Source: K189A clade bacterium
GTDB taxonomy: Bacteria > Pseudomonadota > Gammaproteobacteria > Pseudomonadales > Azotimanducaceae
Length of the DNA: 64,000 nucleotides
Assembly (NCBI GenBank): GCA_902631405.1
Contig: CACOYI010000001.1
Span: forward strand, 83,812-147,811
Direction of reading: 5' to 3'
Made by a program: the position numbers and the translations under genes. Numbering within the stretch: the stretch's first letter is position 1; the number at the start of each line of letters is the position of its first letter. Under the pieces are notes generated by a model. That model did not search any database. It worked only from the letters and a program-made list of their open reading frames with translations, and was not told where the DNA came from. This document shows positions 8,772-17,686 of this stretch, piece by piece.

Positions 8772-9971
8772 TTAGTCGGGCAATCCCAAAACTCGCTTAG
8801 CGATAATATTCTGTTGTACTTCGTTAGTGCCGCCGTAGATAGTCACTGCTCTGTCTCGAAGCCAACCTCTCGTTGAATCAAGTTCGTCCTGGTCAAAATC
8901 TTCACTATCCCAAACCAGACCTGCCGTTCCTCTCAATTGTGACTTCAGCTCCGAACCCGACTTTGTGAGTGAGGATCCAACCAGCTTGAAGATCGAAGTG
9001 GCCGCCCCGGGTGCTCCGCTCATTTTGCTTTCCTCGACCACGCGCTTCGTGGTCAGTCCCAGGGCCCTTTCCGCCATCACTTGACAGATGACGCTGTCTC
9101 TCTTCGCAGAGTCTGCAATCCGGCCCTCCTTGTCTTGCCCTGAATATTTCTTTGCGATCTCCGCATAAACATTCAATTTCGGTTGTTCTTGAGCTTTGTC
9201 TTTTGAGTCTTTTTTCGGCTTTGCTTTTGTTGTCGCATTTCGCTCATATTGAAGAAGTCGTTTCCCAACAGTCCATCCTTTATTCAGCTCTCCTATGAGA
9301 TCTTCGCGTTTGGCTACAGCGTTATCGAAGAAAGTCTCGCAGAAAGGCGAGGAGCCAGAAATCAGCTTGATTGGTTTTACGGTTACGCCAGGCTGGTCCA
9401 TCGGTAGAACAACAAAACTGATACCCTCATGCTTTGGGGCATCCGGATCTGTTCGGACTAGTGCGAACATCCAATTTGCGTACTGTGCTCCGCTAGTCCA
9501 AATTTTTTGTCCATTAATGATAAATTGGTCGCCATCCAAGACCGCCTTGGTCTGTAGGCCGGCGAGGTCTGAACCTGCTCCGGGTTCAGAATATCCTTGG
9601 CACCACTGGGCCTCTCCAGAGACAATTTTAGGAATGTGCCGGGCCCTCTGTTCCTCAGTGCCCAGCTCTAGAATGGTTGGCCCTATCATCGCGAGTCCCA
9701 TGCCCGTGGCCGGGGGAATGGCTTTTATACGAGCCATCTCCTCTGCGAGGACTCTATGCTCATCTTTGCCGAGTCCGCCTCCGCCATATTGAGTTGGCCA
9801 AGCAGGCGCAGTCCAACCCTTTGCGGCCGCGCGATCGCGCCACTCTATCGCCTCGTCCGTTTGGTAAAGCTCGTAAGCATCTTCAAAGTGAACGGCTCCA
9901 ATGCGCATGGATTCAGGACAGTTAGACTCCAACCAATCTCTTGTTTCTTCACGGAATGCATTAAGATCCAT
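8772..9971 (-). CDS. Acyl-CoA dehydrogenase
   Basis: WCQGYSEPGAGSDLA, NGQKIWTS, LQYER and TIYGGTNEVQ motifs. Confidence 0.93.
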   Translation of the reverse strand: MDLNAFREETRDWLESNCPESMRIGAVHFEDAYELYQTDEAIEWRDRAAAKGWTAPAWPTQYGGGGLGKDEHRVLAEEMARIKAIPPATGMGLAMIGPTILELGTEEQRARHIPKIVSGEAQWCQGYSEPGAGSDLAGLQTKAVLDGDQFIINGQKIWTSGAQYANWMFALVRTDPDAPKHEGISFVVLPMDQPGVTVKPIKLISGSSPFCETFFDNAVAKREDLIGELNKGWTVGKRLLQYERNATTKAKPKKDSKDKAQEQPKLNVYAEIAKKYSGQDKEGRIADSAKRDSVICQVMAERALGLTTKRVVEESKMSGAPGAATSIFKLVGSSLTKSGSELKSQLRGTAGLVWDSEDFDQDELDSTRGWLRDRAVTIYGGTNEVQQNIIAKRVLGLPD

Positions 9972-10063
9972 TTCAGATTCCTCGCTGTTATGGGCGTATT
10001 ATGGCAAGAAATAAGACCGACGCCAGTATCATTACGGCTCAAGGCCGTCGGGTGATTTTATGT

Positions 10064-10555
10064 CTAGATGATTTGGGGGAAGTTTTGAGCGTTTAGGCGA
10101 TGAATAAACTTTCTTATCGCAGCGCTCAGTCTGGCGGTTTTGTAGTGTAAATCGACGGTTTCAGGAAGGTAAGTTGGTGGATCCGAGACAAGGTTCCTTA
10201 TCCTTAAGCTGCAGTCTAAATTCATACATAGTTGATGGCCGATCGACTTCCGACCTTGGCTGCCAATAACGGTGGAGGTAAAAAGGGCGGTTCCTCGACC
10301 ACGATAGACGTGATGACACCACGAGCACATCTGTGTCTTCGGTTTCCCGAAACTGTTTATCGCACGTCTTAGAGTTATTCCATGCAGTCTATCGTCAAGA
10401 TTAATCACCACGAAGCCCTTGTGGCCGGCTGGACTTATCCAACCGAGGTAATCAAGAACGTCCCAATCTACCCCACTTAAAGGTTGCCCCAGAAGATCAT
10501 CTTTTCTTAGGTCCGGAAAAATAGTCCGCAGCTCTTTAGCTGAAATTGCTTGCAA
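10064..10555 (-). CDS. FBP/FusB-type C-terminal treble-clef zinc-finger domain protein
   Basis: DWDVLDYLGW..P motif with MCSWC and GHQLCMNLDCSL Cys4 set. Likely start is TTG at 10555; the longer track start overlaps the divergent gene. Confidence 0.75.
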   Translation of the reverse strand: MQAISAKELRTIFPDLRKDDLLGQPLSGVDWDVLDYLGWISPAGHKGFVVINLDDRLHGITLRRAINSFGKPKTQMCSWCHHVYRGRGTALFTSTVIGSQGRKSIGHQLCMNLDCSLRIRNLVSDPPTYLPETVDLHYKTARLSAAIRKFIHRLNAQNFPQII

Positions 10556-10659
10556 AATTATCCGATCCAAATGGTAAGGGTTACTTTCATGCTCGTGTCC
10601 TTCCCGGATTTTAACTATGATATCTAACATCACGGTTGAGTAATACGGGAGAACTGAGA

Positions 10660-11796
10660 ATGAGCGATATACCAGCGACAGGACGGCAATTGCTGACGGA
10701 GGTGACATCTGAGGGGAAGTTGAAGTTAACGATTGCGCAGGCTCCCGTCCAAGCTCCCGATGGGTCAAAAGTACTTGTGAGAGTGGAAGCGTCTCCGATC
10801 AACCCTTCGGATTTGGGTCTTTTGCTAGGTATGGCGGATGTCGAAACCGCGAGGCAGACCGAATCGGGTGGAAATCCCTCGGTGGAAGCAGATATCCCAG
10901 CTAACATTCTGCCGCATTTAAAAGCTCGCTGGGATCACGCGATGCCTGCCGGTAATGAGGGGGCTGGCGTAGTCATAGCGGCTGGCGAGGAGCCAGCTGC
11001 TCAAGCTTTGGTTGGAAAGACTGTCGGTGTTCTCGGTGGTGCTATGTATGGGGAATATCGAACTTTGCATTACAGTCAGTGTTTGCCGATGCACGACGGA
11101 GTGACCCCGAAAGAGAGCGCTTCCTGCTTTGTGAATCCCCTAACGGCTCTTGGGATGGTAGAAACCATGCGGATGGAGGGTTTTTCTGCCTTGATCCACA
11201 CTGCTGCGGCATCTAATTTGGGTCAAATGCTTCAAAAAATCTGTATCGCTGATGACGTTAAATTGGTGAATATAGTCCGAAAGGAAGAACAAGCCACGCT
11301 ACTGAGAAACATTGGAGCGGATTTCGTCTGCAATATGAGCGATGCAAATTTCGTTGGAGATCTGACTGAAGCTATTGTTCAGACAGGAGCTTATCTGGCC
11401 TTTGATGCCACTGGAGGAGGTGAACTCGCCAATCAAATTTTGATAGCGATGGAGGCAGCGGCGAACAAGACTGCCAGCGAATACAGCCGGTACGGCTCGG
11501 ATCAGGATAAGCAGGTCTATATCTACGGGGGCTTAGAGAGAAGAGCAACGACACTCACCAGAAGTTATGGCATGCAGTGGGGCGTTGGAGGATGGTTGTT
11601 GACCCCGTTTCTTAAAAAAATCGGCCAAGATAAAGCGGATCAGTTGCGCGCACGTGTGGCAGATGAAATCAAGACTACTTTTGCAAGCGGGTATGCCAAC
11701 GAGATATCGCTCCAGGGCGCTTTAGACGTTGATACGCTTAAGACCTACGCTCGGCAGGCGACTGGCGAAAAGTACTTAATCAATCCTTCGATTTAG
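10660..11796 (+). CDS. Medium-chain (MDR) NAD(P)H-dependent oxidoreductase
   Basis: VEASPINPSDL, GNEGAGVV, FVNPLTALGM and HTAAASNLG motifs. Confidence 0.85.
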   Translation: MSDIPATGRQLLTEVTSEGKLKLTIAQAPVQAPDGSKVLVRVEASPINPSDLGLLLGMADVETARQTESGGNPSVEADIPANILPHLKARWDHAMPAGNEGAGVVIAAGEEPAAQALVGKTVGVLGGAMYGEYRTLHYSQCLPMHDGVTPKESASCFVNPLTALGMVETMRMEGFSALIHTAAASNLGQMLQKICIADDVKLVNIVRKEEQATLLRNIGADFVCNMSDANFVGDLTEAIVQTGAYLAFDATGGGELANQILIAMEAAANKTASEYSRYGSDQDKQVYIYGGLERRATTLTRSYGMQWGVGGWLLTPFLKKIGQDKADQLRARVADEIKTTFASGYANEISLQGALDVDTLKTYARQATGEKYLINPSI

Positions 11797-11801
11797 TTAT
11801 T

Positions 11802-12818
11802 TCAGCCGGCGGAAAAAGCCAGGTCGTCTTGCATCTCGTTTAGGGCTTCCCAAACGATTGAGTAGCTGTCGCATCTGGCTTGGTGATCGAAAATCTGCGA
11901 CGTGATGATTAATTCATCCGCATTCGTTAAGTCCAGGAAATTCTTCAGCGCTGATTGAATCTGACCTTTGTCGCCGACGGCAGACGCAGAATTGGATTGA
12001 GAAATTATCTGTCTCTCCGAATCAGTCAGACCTTCGTCAAAATTTTCGACTGGCCTGGGAAGTGGACCTGGATTGCCTTGACGCAGGTTGAGCAGTGCTC
12101 TAAGACCCGAGCTTTTATGAAAAATCGCCTCACTCTCCGTTTTTGCAGCACAGGCGTTGAAGCCGAGTATCAGGTGTGGTGCGTCGAGCTGCTCAGAGGG
12201 ACAAAATTCTTCTCGATAGATACCGATCGCTTGCATCATTGCCGCAGGAGCAAAATGGGACGCGAAGGCAAAAGGCAGCCCAAGAATTGCGGCTAGCTGA
12301 GCACCAAAAAGGCTGGAACCAAGAATATATAACGGCACCTTTGAGTTGAATCCCGGCACTGCTGTCACTTTTTGATCTTCTTTTGGCGCAGCCAAGTAAC
12401 TTTGAAGTTCCAGAACGTCTTTTGGAAAGCCGTTTGGATCGCTGTTCAGAGTACGACGAAGCGCGTGCGCAGTTAAGCCGTCAGTTCCCGGCGCACGGCC
12501 CAGACCAAGATCTATTCGGCCGGGGAAGAGCGCAGAGAGAGTGCCAAACTGCTCCGCCACCATCAGGGGCGCGTGATTCGGAAGCATTATGCCTCCCGAT
12601 CCCACCCGTATCTTTTGCGTTCCACTAGCTATATGGGAAATCAAAATTGATGTGGCTGCACTAGCTATACCTTTCATGTTGTGATGTTCTGCCACCCAAT
12701 AACGGTGATATCCGATTGTTTCCGCGTGCTGAGCTAGAAGCCTACTGTTGTTTAGAGCCTCAGCTACAGTGCCGCCCTCGTTTATTGGAGATAGATCCAG
12801 AACCGATAGAATTGCCAT
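11802..12818 (-). CDS. LLM-class flavin-dependent oxidoreductase (YhbW-like)
   Basis: [20 protein letters not shown] and [12 protein letters not shown] motifs. Confidence 0.9.
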   Translation of the reverse strand: MAILSVLDLSPINEGGTVAEALNNSRLLAQHAETIGYHRYWVAEHHNMKGIASAATSILISHIASGTQKIRVGSGGIMLPNHAPLMVAEQFGTLSALFPGRIDLGLGRAPGTDGLTAHALRRTLNSDPNGFPKDVLELQSYLAAPKEDQKVTAVPGFNSKVPLYILGSSLFGAQLAAILGLPFAFASHFAPAAMMQAIGIYREEFCPSEQLDAPHLILGFNACAAKTESEAIFHKSSGLRALLNLRQGNPGPLPRPVENFDEGLTDSERQIISQSNSASAVGDKGQIQSALKNFLDLTNADELIITSQIFDHQARCDSYSIVWEALNEMQDDLAFSAG

Positions 12819-12972
12819 ACTTCCCCTCCGTCACGCCTCAGTGTAGAACTTTTCTGTCATTTTCGCTAAGGATGTAGATGATGAATATTGCGGACTCCAA
12901 TATCCGATGTGTTATTTGTTCAAGATTTGGATACGCTGTTCTTAGTTGTAGATACTTATTCAAGGGGTGGGT

Positions 12973-13809
12973 ATGGACTTCTCAGCGATTACATATGGAG
13001 TGGCGGGATCGATAGCAAGGATTACTTTAAATCGAGTCGACGTAAGAAATGCTCAAGACAAGGTCATGCTATATGAGTTGAATCACGCTTTCGATTTAGC
13101 AGCGAGAGATGACAGCGTCAAAGTCATTATCCTGGCGGCAAATGGCCCTCATTTCTCTTCGGGCCATGATCTGAGCGATAGGTCAGGTATTCAAGATTTC
13201 CAAGCAGTTGGAAATTGGGGCGGTTTTGAGAAATCTGGCGCAGAGGGAAGACAAGCAGTAGAAGAAGAGATCTATTTAGGATTGTGCTGGCGATGGCGTA
13301 ACTTGCCCAAACCGACGATCGCTGAGGTACAAGGTAAAGTCATCGCGGGTGGATTAATGTTGATATGGGTATGCGATCTGATTGTTGCAAGCGAAGACGC
13401 GACCTTTTCCGACCCCGTTGTGGCTTTTGGTGTGAATGGAGTCGAGTATTTTGCGCATGCTTGGGAGTTCGGGTTCAGGAAAGCGAAAGAGATTCTTTTT
13501 ACGGGCGGAAGTATTTCGGCTCGCGAGGCTCTCTCCTGCGGCATGGTAAACCATGTTGTTCCCAAGAATGATTTATCAATTTTTACGGACTCTCTAGCAC
13601 AGAAAATATCCAAGCGACCCAGCATGGGACTGAGATTGGCCAAACAGAGTGTTAATCAATCTCAGGATGCTCAGGGTTTCTGGTCCGCTCTGCAGTCGGC
13701 AATGTCGTTGCAACAGCTAGGGCATGCTAACAACGAGATCGTTCATGGCATTGCAGTAGACCCGTCTGGTGCCTCCATAATTAAAAAAGAGGCGAAGAGT
13801 AAATCGTGA
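12973..13809 (+). CDS. Enoyl-CoA hydratase/isomerase family protein
   Basis: ITLNR...RNAQ, HFSSGHDL and PKPTIAEVQGKVIAGG motifs. Confidence 0.88.
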   Translation: MDFSAITYGVAGSIARITLNRVDVRNAQDKVMLYELNHAFDLAARDDSVKVIILAANGPHFSSGHDLSDRSGIQDFQAVGNWGGFEKSGAEGRQAVEEEIYLGLCWRWRNLPKPTIAEVQGKVIAGGLMLIWVCDLIVASEDATFSDPVVAFGVNGVEYFAHAWEFGFRKAKEILFTGGSISAREALSCGMVNHVVPKNDLSIFTDSLAQKISKRPSMGLRLAKQSVNQSQDAQGFWSALQSAMSLQQLGHANNEIVHGIAVDPSGASIIKKEAKSKS

Positions 13810-13813
13810 TTTA

Positions 13814-14647
13814 TTAACGCCCAGTAAAGTCCGGTTTCCTTTTCTCGAGGAAAGCGCTCAACCCCTCAGCGAAATCTTCACTTTGGAAAAGACCGTTCAG
13901 ATGAACCATAAGATGATCGACCGCCGTATCGTAGGATTCTTCCAGTCCCATGCGCATCATCCGCTTGGTGGTCTGAACCGCCATCGGAGCGTTGTCGGCC
14001 ACTTCTTGAGCCCAGGTCATGGCTGTGTCCATTAACGAATCTGCTGGTACAACCTCATTGACCAACCCGAGCTTTAGGCTCTCTTCGGCATCGATTGTTC
14101 GAGCGCGATAATATAGCTCTGCCGCTTTGGCCCAGCCGACTAACCTTGGCAACAGCCATGTTCCTCCACTTTCTGGGACAACATTCCGCTTAGCCGTGAC
14201 AGCCGCTAGTTTTGCGGTCTCGGACATCACTCTCATGTCGCAAAGAAGGGTCAAATCCATCCCGTAGCCTGCTGCCGCCCCGTTTATTGCGCATATGATA
14301 GGGGTATCACAGTGCCACATCACGTTTATGGGAGCGTCCCGAAGATCAAATAATCTGCGAGCTGGCCTGTTAGCTGCTTTTCCCTGTTCTTTTGTGGCCT
14401 TGTCGTCTTCTATCCTGCCACTGGTATCAATGAGGTCTAGTCCTGCACAAAAACCCTTGCCATGACCCGTTAGTACAATGCAACGAATGTCAGGATCTTT
14501 GTCGGCTTCGACCACTTTGGCTGAGAGTTCATTGAGCATATCTCTGCTAATTGCATTCAGCCTTTCTGGTCGATTCAAAGTGATCACTAGTACTCTATCT
14601 TTCTGATCGATGAGGATCTCATCCGTGTTTGGTGGTGATATCGGCAT
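13814..14647 (-). CDS. Enoyl-CoA hydratase/isomerase family protein
   Basis: LNRPERLNAI, FCAGLDL, AINGAAAGYG and AFLEKRKPDFTGR motifs. Confidence 0.9.
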   Translation of the reverse strand: MPISPPNTDEILIDQKDRVLVITLNRPERLNAISRDMLNELSAKVVEADKDPDIRCIVLTGHGKGFCAGLDLIDTSGRIEDDKATKEQGKAANRPARRLFDLRDAPINVMWHCDTPIICAINGAAAGYGMDLTLLCDMRVMSETAKLAAVTAKRNVVPESGGTWLLPRLVGWAKAAELYYRARTIDAEESLKLGLVNEVVPADSLMDTAMTWAQEVADNAPMAVQTTKRMMRMGLEESYDTAVDHLMVHLNGLFQSEDFAEGLSAFLEKRKPDFTGR

Positions 14648-14772
14648 TTCTACTTCCTGTGTAACCTTTAATTATAATAACAACCTTTTAATGATAAAAT
14701 CAGCGTTGTCAGATTTTCCTTGGAAAACAAAATTTGAACGACGTTTTATCGATTCGTCCAGCTGGGGTTCGT

Positions 14773-17664
14773 ATGTCTTCTCGTATATTTGCTGTTTTGT
14801 TTGCAGTTTTGATACTGCTGACAAATAAAACGGTACATGCCTCTGGAGTAGTGCTTGGGAGTTACCTTGATTTAAGTAATGCTGAGAAAGCAGCTGTAGC
14901 CGCCCGATCAGTTTTGCAAGACCTCGGTAAGACCAATGAAGTTCGCGTCATAGATGGAAAAACGAGCGCATTTCAGAAGCTTTCAAGGGTAGTTATTCTC
15001 TCAGCCGATGAGAAGGACGCGCGGGTTTTACTGCAAGATATTAGGTTCTCATACCCCGATGCATGGTTTCTAGTCGATGTGCCGGGACAGGGAATAGTGA
15101 GGCAAAAGGCGCTAGCTGCTAGTGAAAGTCAAGAGGCAACTTCCTTGTTGCGTGCTTCGCAGGACCAGCAAAAAAATGTGTCTGGATCTCCAGTGACAAA
15201 AGAAGCTCCGATAGTGGCGATGCCCAGGACAAGTTCCGGCCCTCAGACGGTGATTGGTCAAGAGGCAGGCGTGGACCTTCACCGAGTGCCGATAGATACC
15301 TTTGATGAATCTGAGGTTAGCGTCGTGATAGATGGGAATGTGAACGAACAGATTTGGCGTAGGCTGCCGTATTACGACAACATGCTCGTCTCAGTTCCTG
15401 CTTTACTTACCCAGCCTGAATACGGCACCGAAATAAGGATGTTTGCGACAAAAAAAGGGCTATACATCAGCAGTATTATGGAGCAGCCGCCCGAATTGCT
15501 GGTTAAGCGCTACTCGAAAAGGGACGACTTTCTCAATAGGGATACATTTGGTGTCACGATAGATGCTTCTGGAGAGGCATTAGTAGCCTATTGGTTCTGG
15601 GTGGCCTTGGGAGACAGTCTGTCAGATGGGAAGGTGCTGCCCGAGCGTCGCTTTCAGAGAGACTGGGATGGCCCGTGGCTCGGGAAATCCAGTACCACAG
15701 AGAATGGTTGGAGCGCTGAGTTCTTTCTACCCTGGTCGATGATGAATATGCCGCAAGTTGAGGGTCCAAGGACAATCGGTTTTGCCGCGAAAAGAAATCT
15801 CTCCTCGAGCGATCAGAGCTATGGATGGCCCGGTTACGCTCAGTCTTCCGCGCGGTTTGTCTCGGCATTGAATGAACTCGAGATCAATGGCGTTCAGCCA
15901 AGAGCTCAAGTTTCTGTCATTCCGTTTGCGGCCAGCACCTATGATGAAGTTTATAATGAGGTAGATAATAAAGTCGGCTTGGATTTGTCATGGAAGCCAT
16001 CTCCAAAAGTCGAGGTTGCTCTGACAGCAAATCCGGATTTTGGCGCTGTGGAGGCTGATGATGTTGTTTTAAATCTCACAGCCAGCGAGACGTTCTTTCC
16101 AGAAAAAAGGTTATTTTTCCTGGAAGGTAACGAAGTTTTTAGCACTATGCCAAGAGGGGATTTCTTTGCGAACTACCGGGTTGCTTTAAACGAAGATTAC
16201 GCAACGACGTCTCGACAAATCTATTTGAGAGATTTTGTTTCGACACCCGTATCTTTGCTCAACACTCGACGGATAGGAGGAACAGCAAATCAGGTTGAGG
16301 TTCCGGAAGGTGTGTCACTAGATCGCGGTCAGCGAGACGTGCCAACTGATCTGTTGGGGGCGGCAAAGGTTACTGGCGCAGTTGGAGATGTCCGCTATGG
16401 CGTGCTAGGTGCCGTTGAAGATGAAGCGCTGTGGTTGGGGAGGAGCCTGCTCGATGCGCCGATAGAAGTTTCCGGGGATGGACGAGATTTCGGAGTGGCA
16501 CGGTTAATATATGAAAATGTAGGTGATACCAGACGCTCTTTGGGCTACATGGGCACGTTTGTTGGTGGGCCCGTTTACGATGCCACTGTTCACAGTGTGG
16601 ACGGGCATTTCACATCGCGATCTGGAAAACTGATAGCCGACGCGCAAATCATTGCGAGCGACCGATCAGAAGAGCAAGGGTACGGTGGGGTTTTCGATTT
16701 GATGTATAACGTTGCACCGAATTTAAGCCACAAATTCGAAATGGATTACATGGATGAAAACATCAATTTCAACGACCTTGGATTCTTGCGCAGGAATGAT
16801 TACGGATCCTTCAGGTACATGTTGTTATACAACAAACAAAGAATTAGTCCTCAAGTCAGCAATTTCCGCATGACGCTGACAGCGTTTCAGGAATACAACA
16901 CAACAGAATCACAAGTAACCGACAGCGCTCTTCTGTGGCGAACCTCGATGGTTCTACCCGGTAGAAATACGTTAAGAACGGGCGTGGGGCTTCTGCCGGC
17001 TAGGTATGAGGATTTAGATAGCAGAGGAAATGGAGCTTACAAGGTTGAGACTGGGGGCTGGTTTGAGTTGGCTCTAACTACTGATGCTGCAAAGATGTTC
17101 AGCTATACAGCTTATATCTCTTCAATAAGGGAAGACCTGGGAGATTGGACTCACGGCATTTGGGCTGGTGTAACCATCAGACCGATAGATGCCATAAGCT
17201 TTGATCTAGATCTTAGGTACCGCCAAAGAAATGGTTGGATGGTTTATCAAGGAGGCCGCAATTTTGGGCGGTTTGACGGCGACGAATGGCAACCAGGATT
17301 TGATATCAACTGGTTTATAGCGCCTGGCCATCAATTGAGATGGAATCTTCAGTATGTGGGGGCACGCGCTGATGAAAAGGGTTTCTATAAGATCCCTATA
17401 AGAGACGGATCTCTTGTCGAGGTGGAAAGAGAGGCTGACAGTTATGACTTTAACCTAGGTATACTGACTACTCAGTTGCGCTATCGTTGGGAGATCGCTC
17501 CTTTAACCGATTTGTTCATCGTTTATAACAGGGGCAACTCAATAAATAATGCGTTGAGTGTTGGCGCCTATGAGACGCCCTTCAATGATCTTTTCTCTGA
17601 TACATTAGAAGACCCCATAGTCGACACTTTTGTAGCAAAACTAAGGTATCGGTTTGGCAACTAG
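14773..17664 (+). CDS. Large outer-membrane protein: SPOR-like N-terminus, CBM9/DOMON-like domain and DUF5916-type barrel
   Basis: Signal peptide; IDG.VNEQIW; NPDFGAVEADDVVLNL...FFPEKRLFFLEG signature; C-terminal aromatic strand KLRYRF. Confidence 0.72.
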   Translation: MSSRIFAVLFAVLILLTNKTVHASGVVLGSYLDLSNAEKAAVAARSVLQDLGKTNEVRVIDGKTSAFQKLSRVVILSADEKDARVLLQDIRFSYPDAWFLVDVPGQGIVRQKALAASESQEATSLLRASQDQQKNVSGSPVTKEAPIVAMPRTSSGPQTVIGQEAGVDLHRVPIDTFDESEVSVVIDGNVNEQIWRRLPYYDNMLVSVPALLTQPEYGTEIRMFATKKGLYISSIMEQPPELLVKRYSKRDDFLNRDTFGVTIDASGEALVAYWFWVALGDSLSDGKVLPERRFQRDWDGPWLGKSSTTENGWSAEFFLPWSMMNMPQVEGPRTIGFAAKRNLSSSDQSYGWPGYAQSSARFVSALNELEINGVQPRAQVSVIPFAASTYDEVYNEVDNKVGLDLSWKPSPKVEVALTANPDFGAVEADDVVLNLTASETFFPEKRLFFLEGNEVFSTMPRGDFFANYRVALNEDYATTSRQIYLRDFVSTPVSLLNTRRIGGTANQVEVPEGVSLDRGQRDVPTDLLGAAKVTGAVGDVRYGVLGAVEDEALWLGRSLLDAPIEVSGDGRDFGVARLIYENVGDTRRSLGYMGTFVGGPVYDATVHSVDGHFTSRSGKLIADAQIIASDRSEEQGYGGVFDLMYNVAPNLSHKFEMDYMDENINFNDLGFLRRNDYGSFRYMLLYNKQRISPQVSNFRMTLTAFQEYNTTESQVTDSALLWRTSMVLPGRNTLRTGVGLLPARYEDLDSRGNGAYKVETGGWFELALTTDAAKMFSYTAYISSIREDLGDWTHGIWAGVTIRPIDAISFDLDLRYRQRNGWMVYQGGRNFGRFDGDEWQPGFDINWFIAPGHQLRWNLQYVGARADEKGFYKIPIRDGSLVEVEREADSYDFNLGILTTQLRYRWEIAPLTDLFIVYNRGNSINNALSVGAYETPFNDLFSDTLEDPIVDTFVAKLRYRFGN

Positions 17665-17686
17665 TTCTTATAGGAATGGAGGGAAT

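Noticed and set aside
9295-10055. Several plus-strand ORFs of 80-165 aa, and similar short ORFs throughout the window
   Set aside because: Antisense or alternate-frame shadows of well-supported genes.
10556-10768. N-terminal extension of the 234-aa track ORF
   Set aside because: Overlaps the divergent oxidoreductase start. Family similarity begins near TTG 10555.
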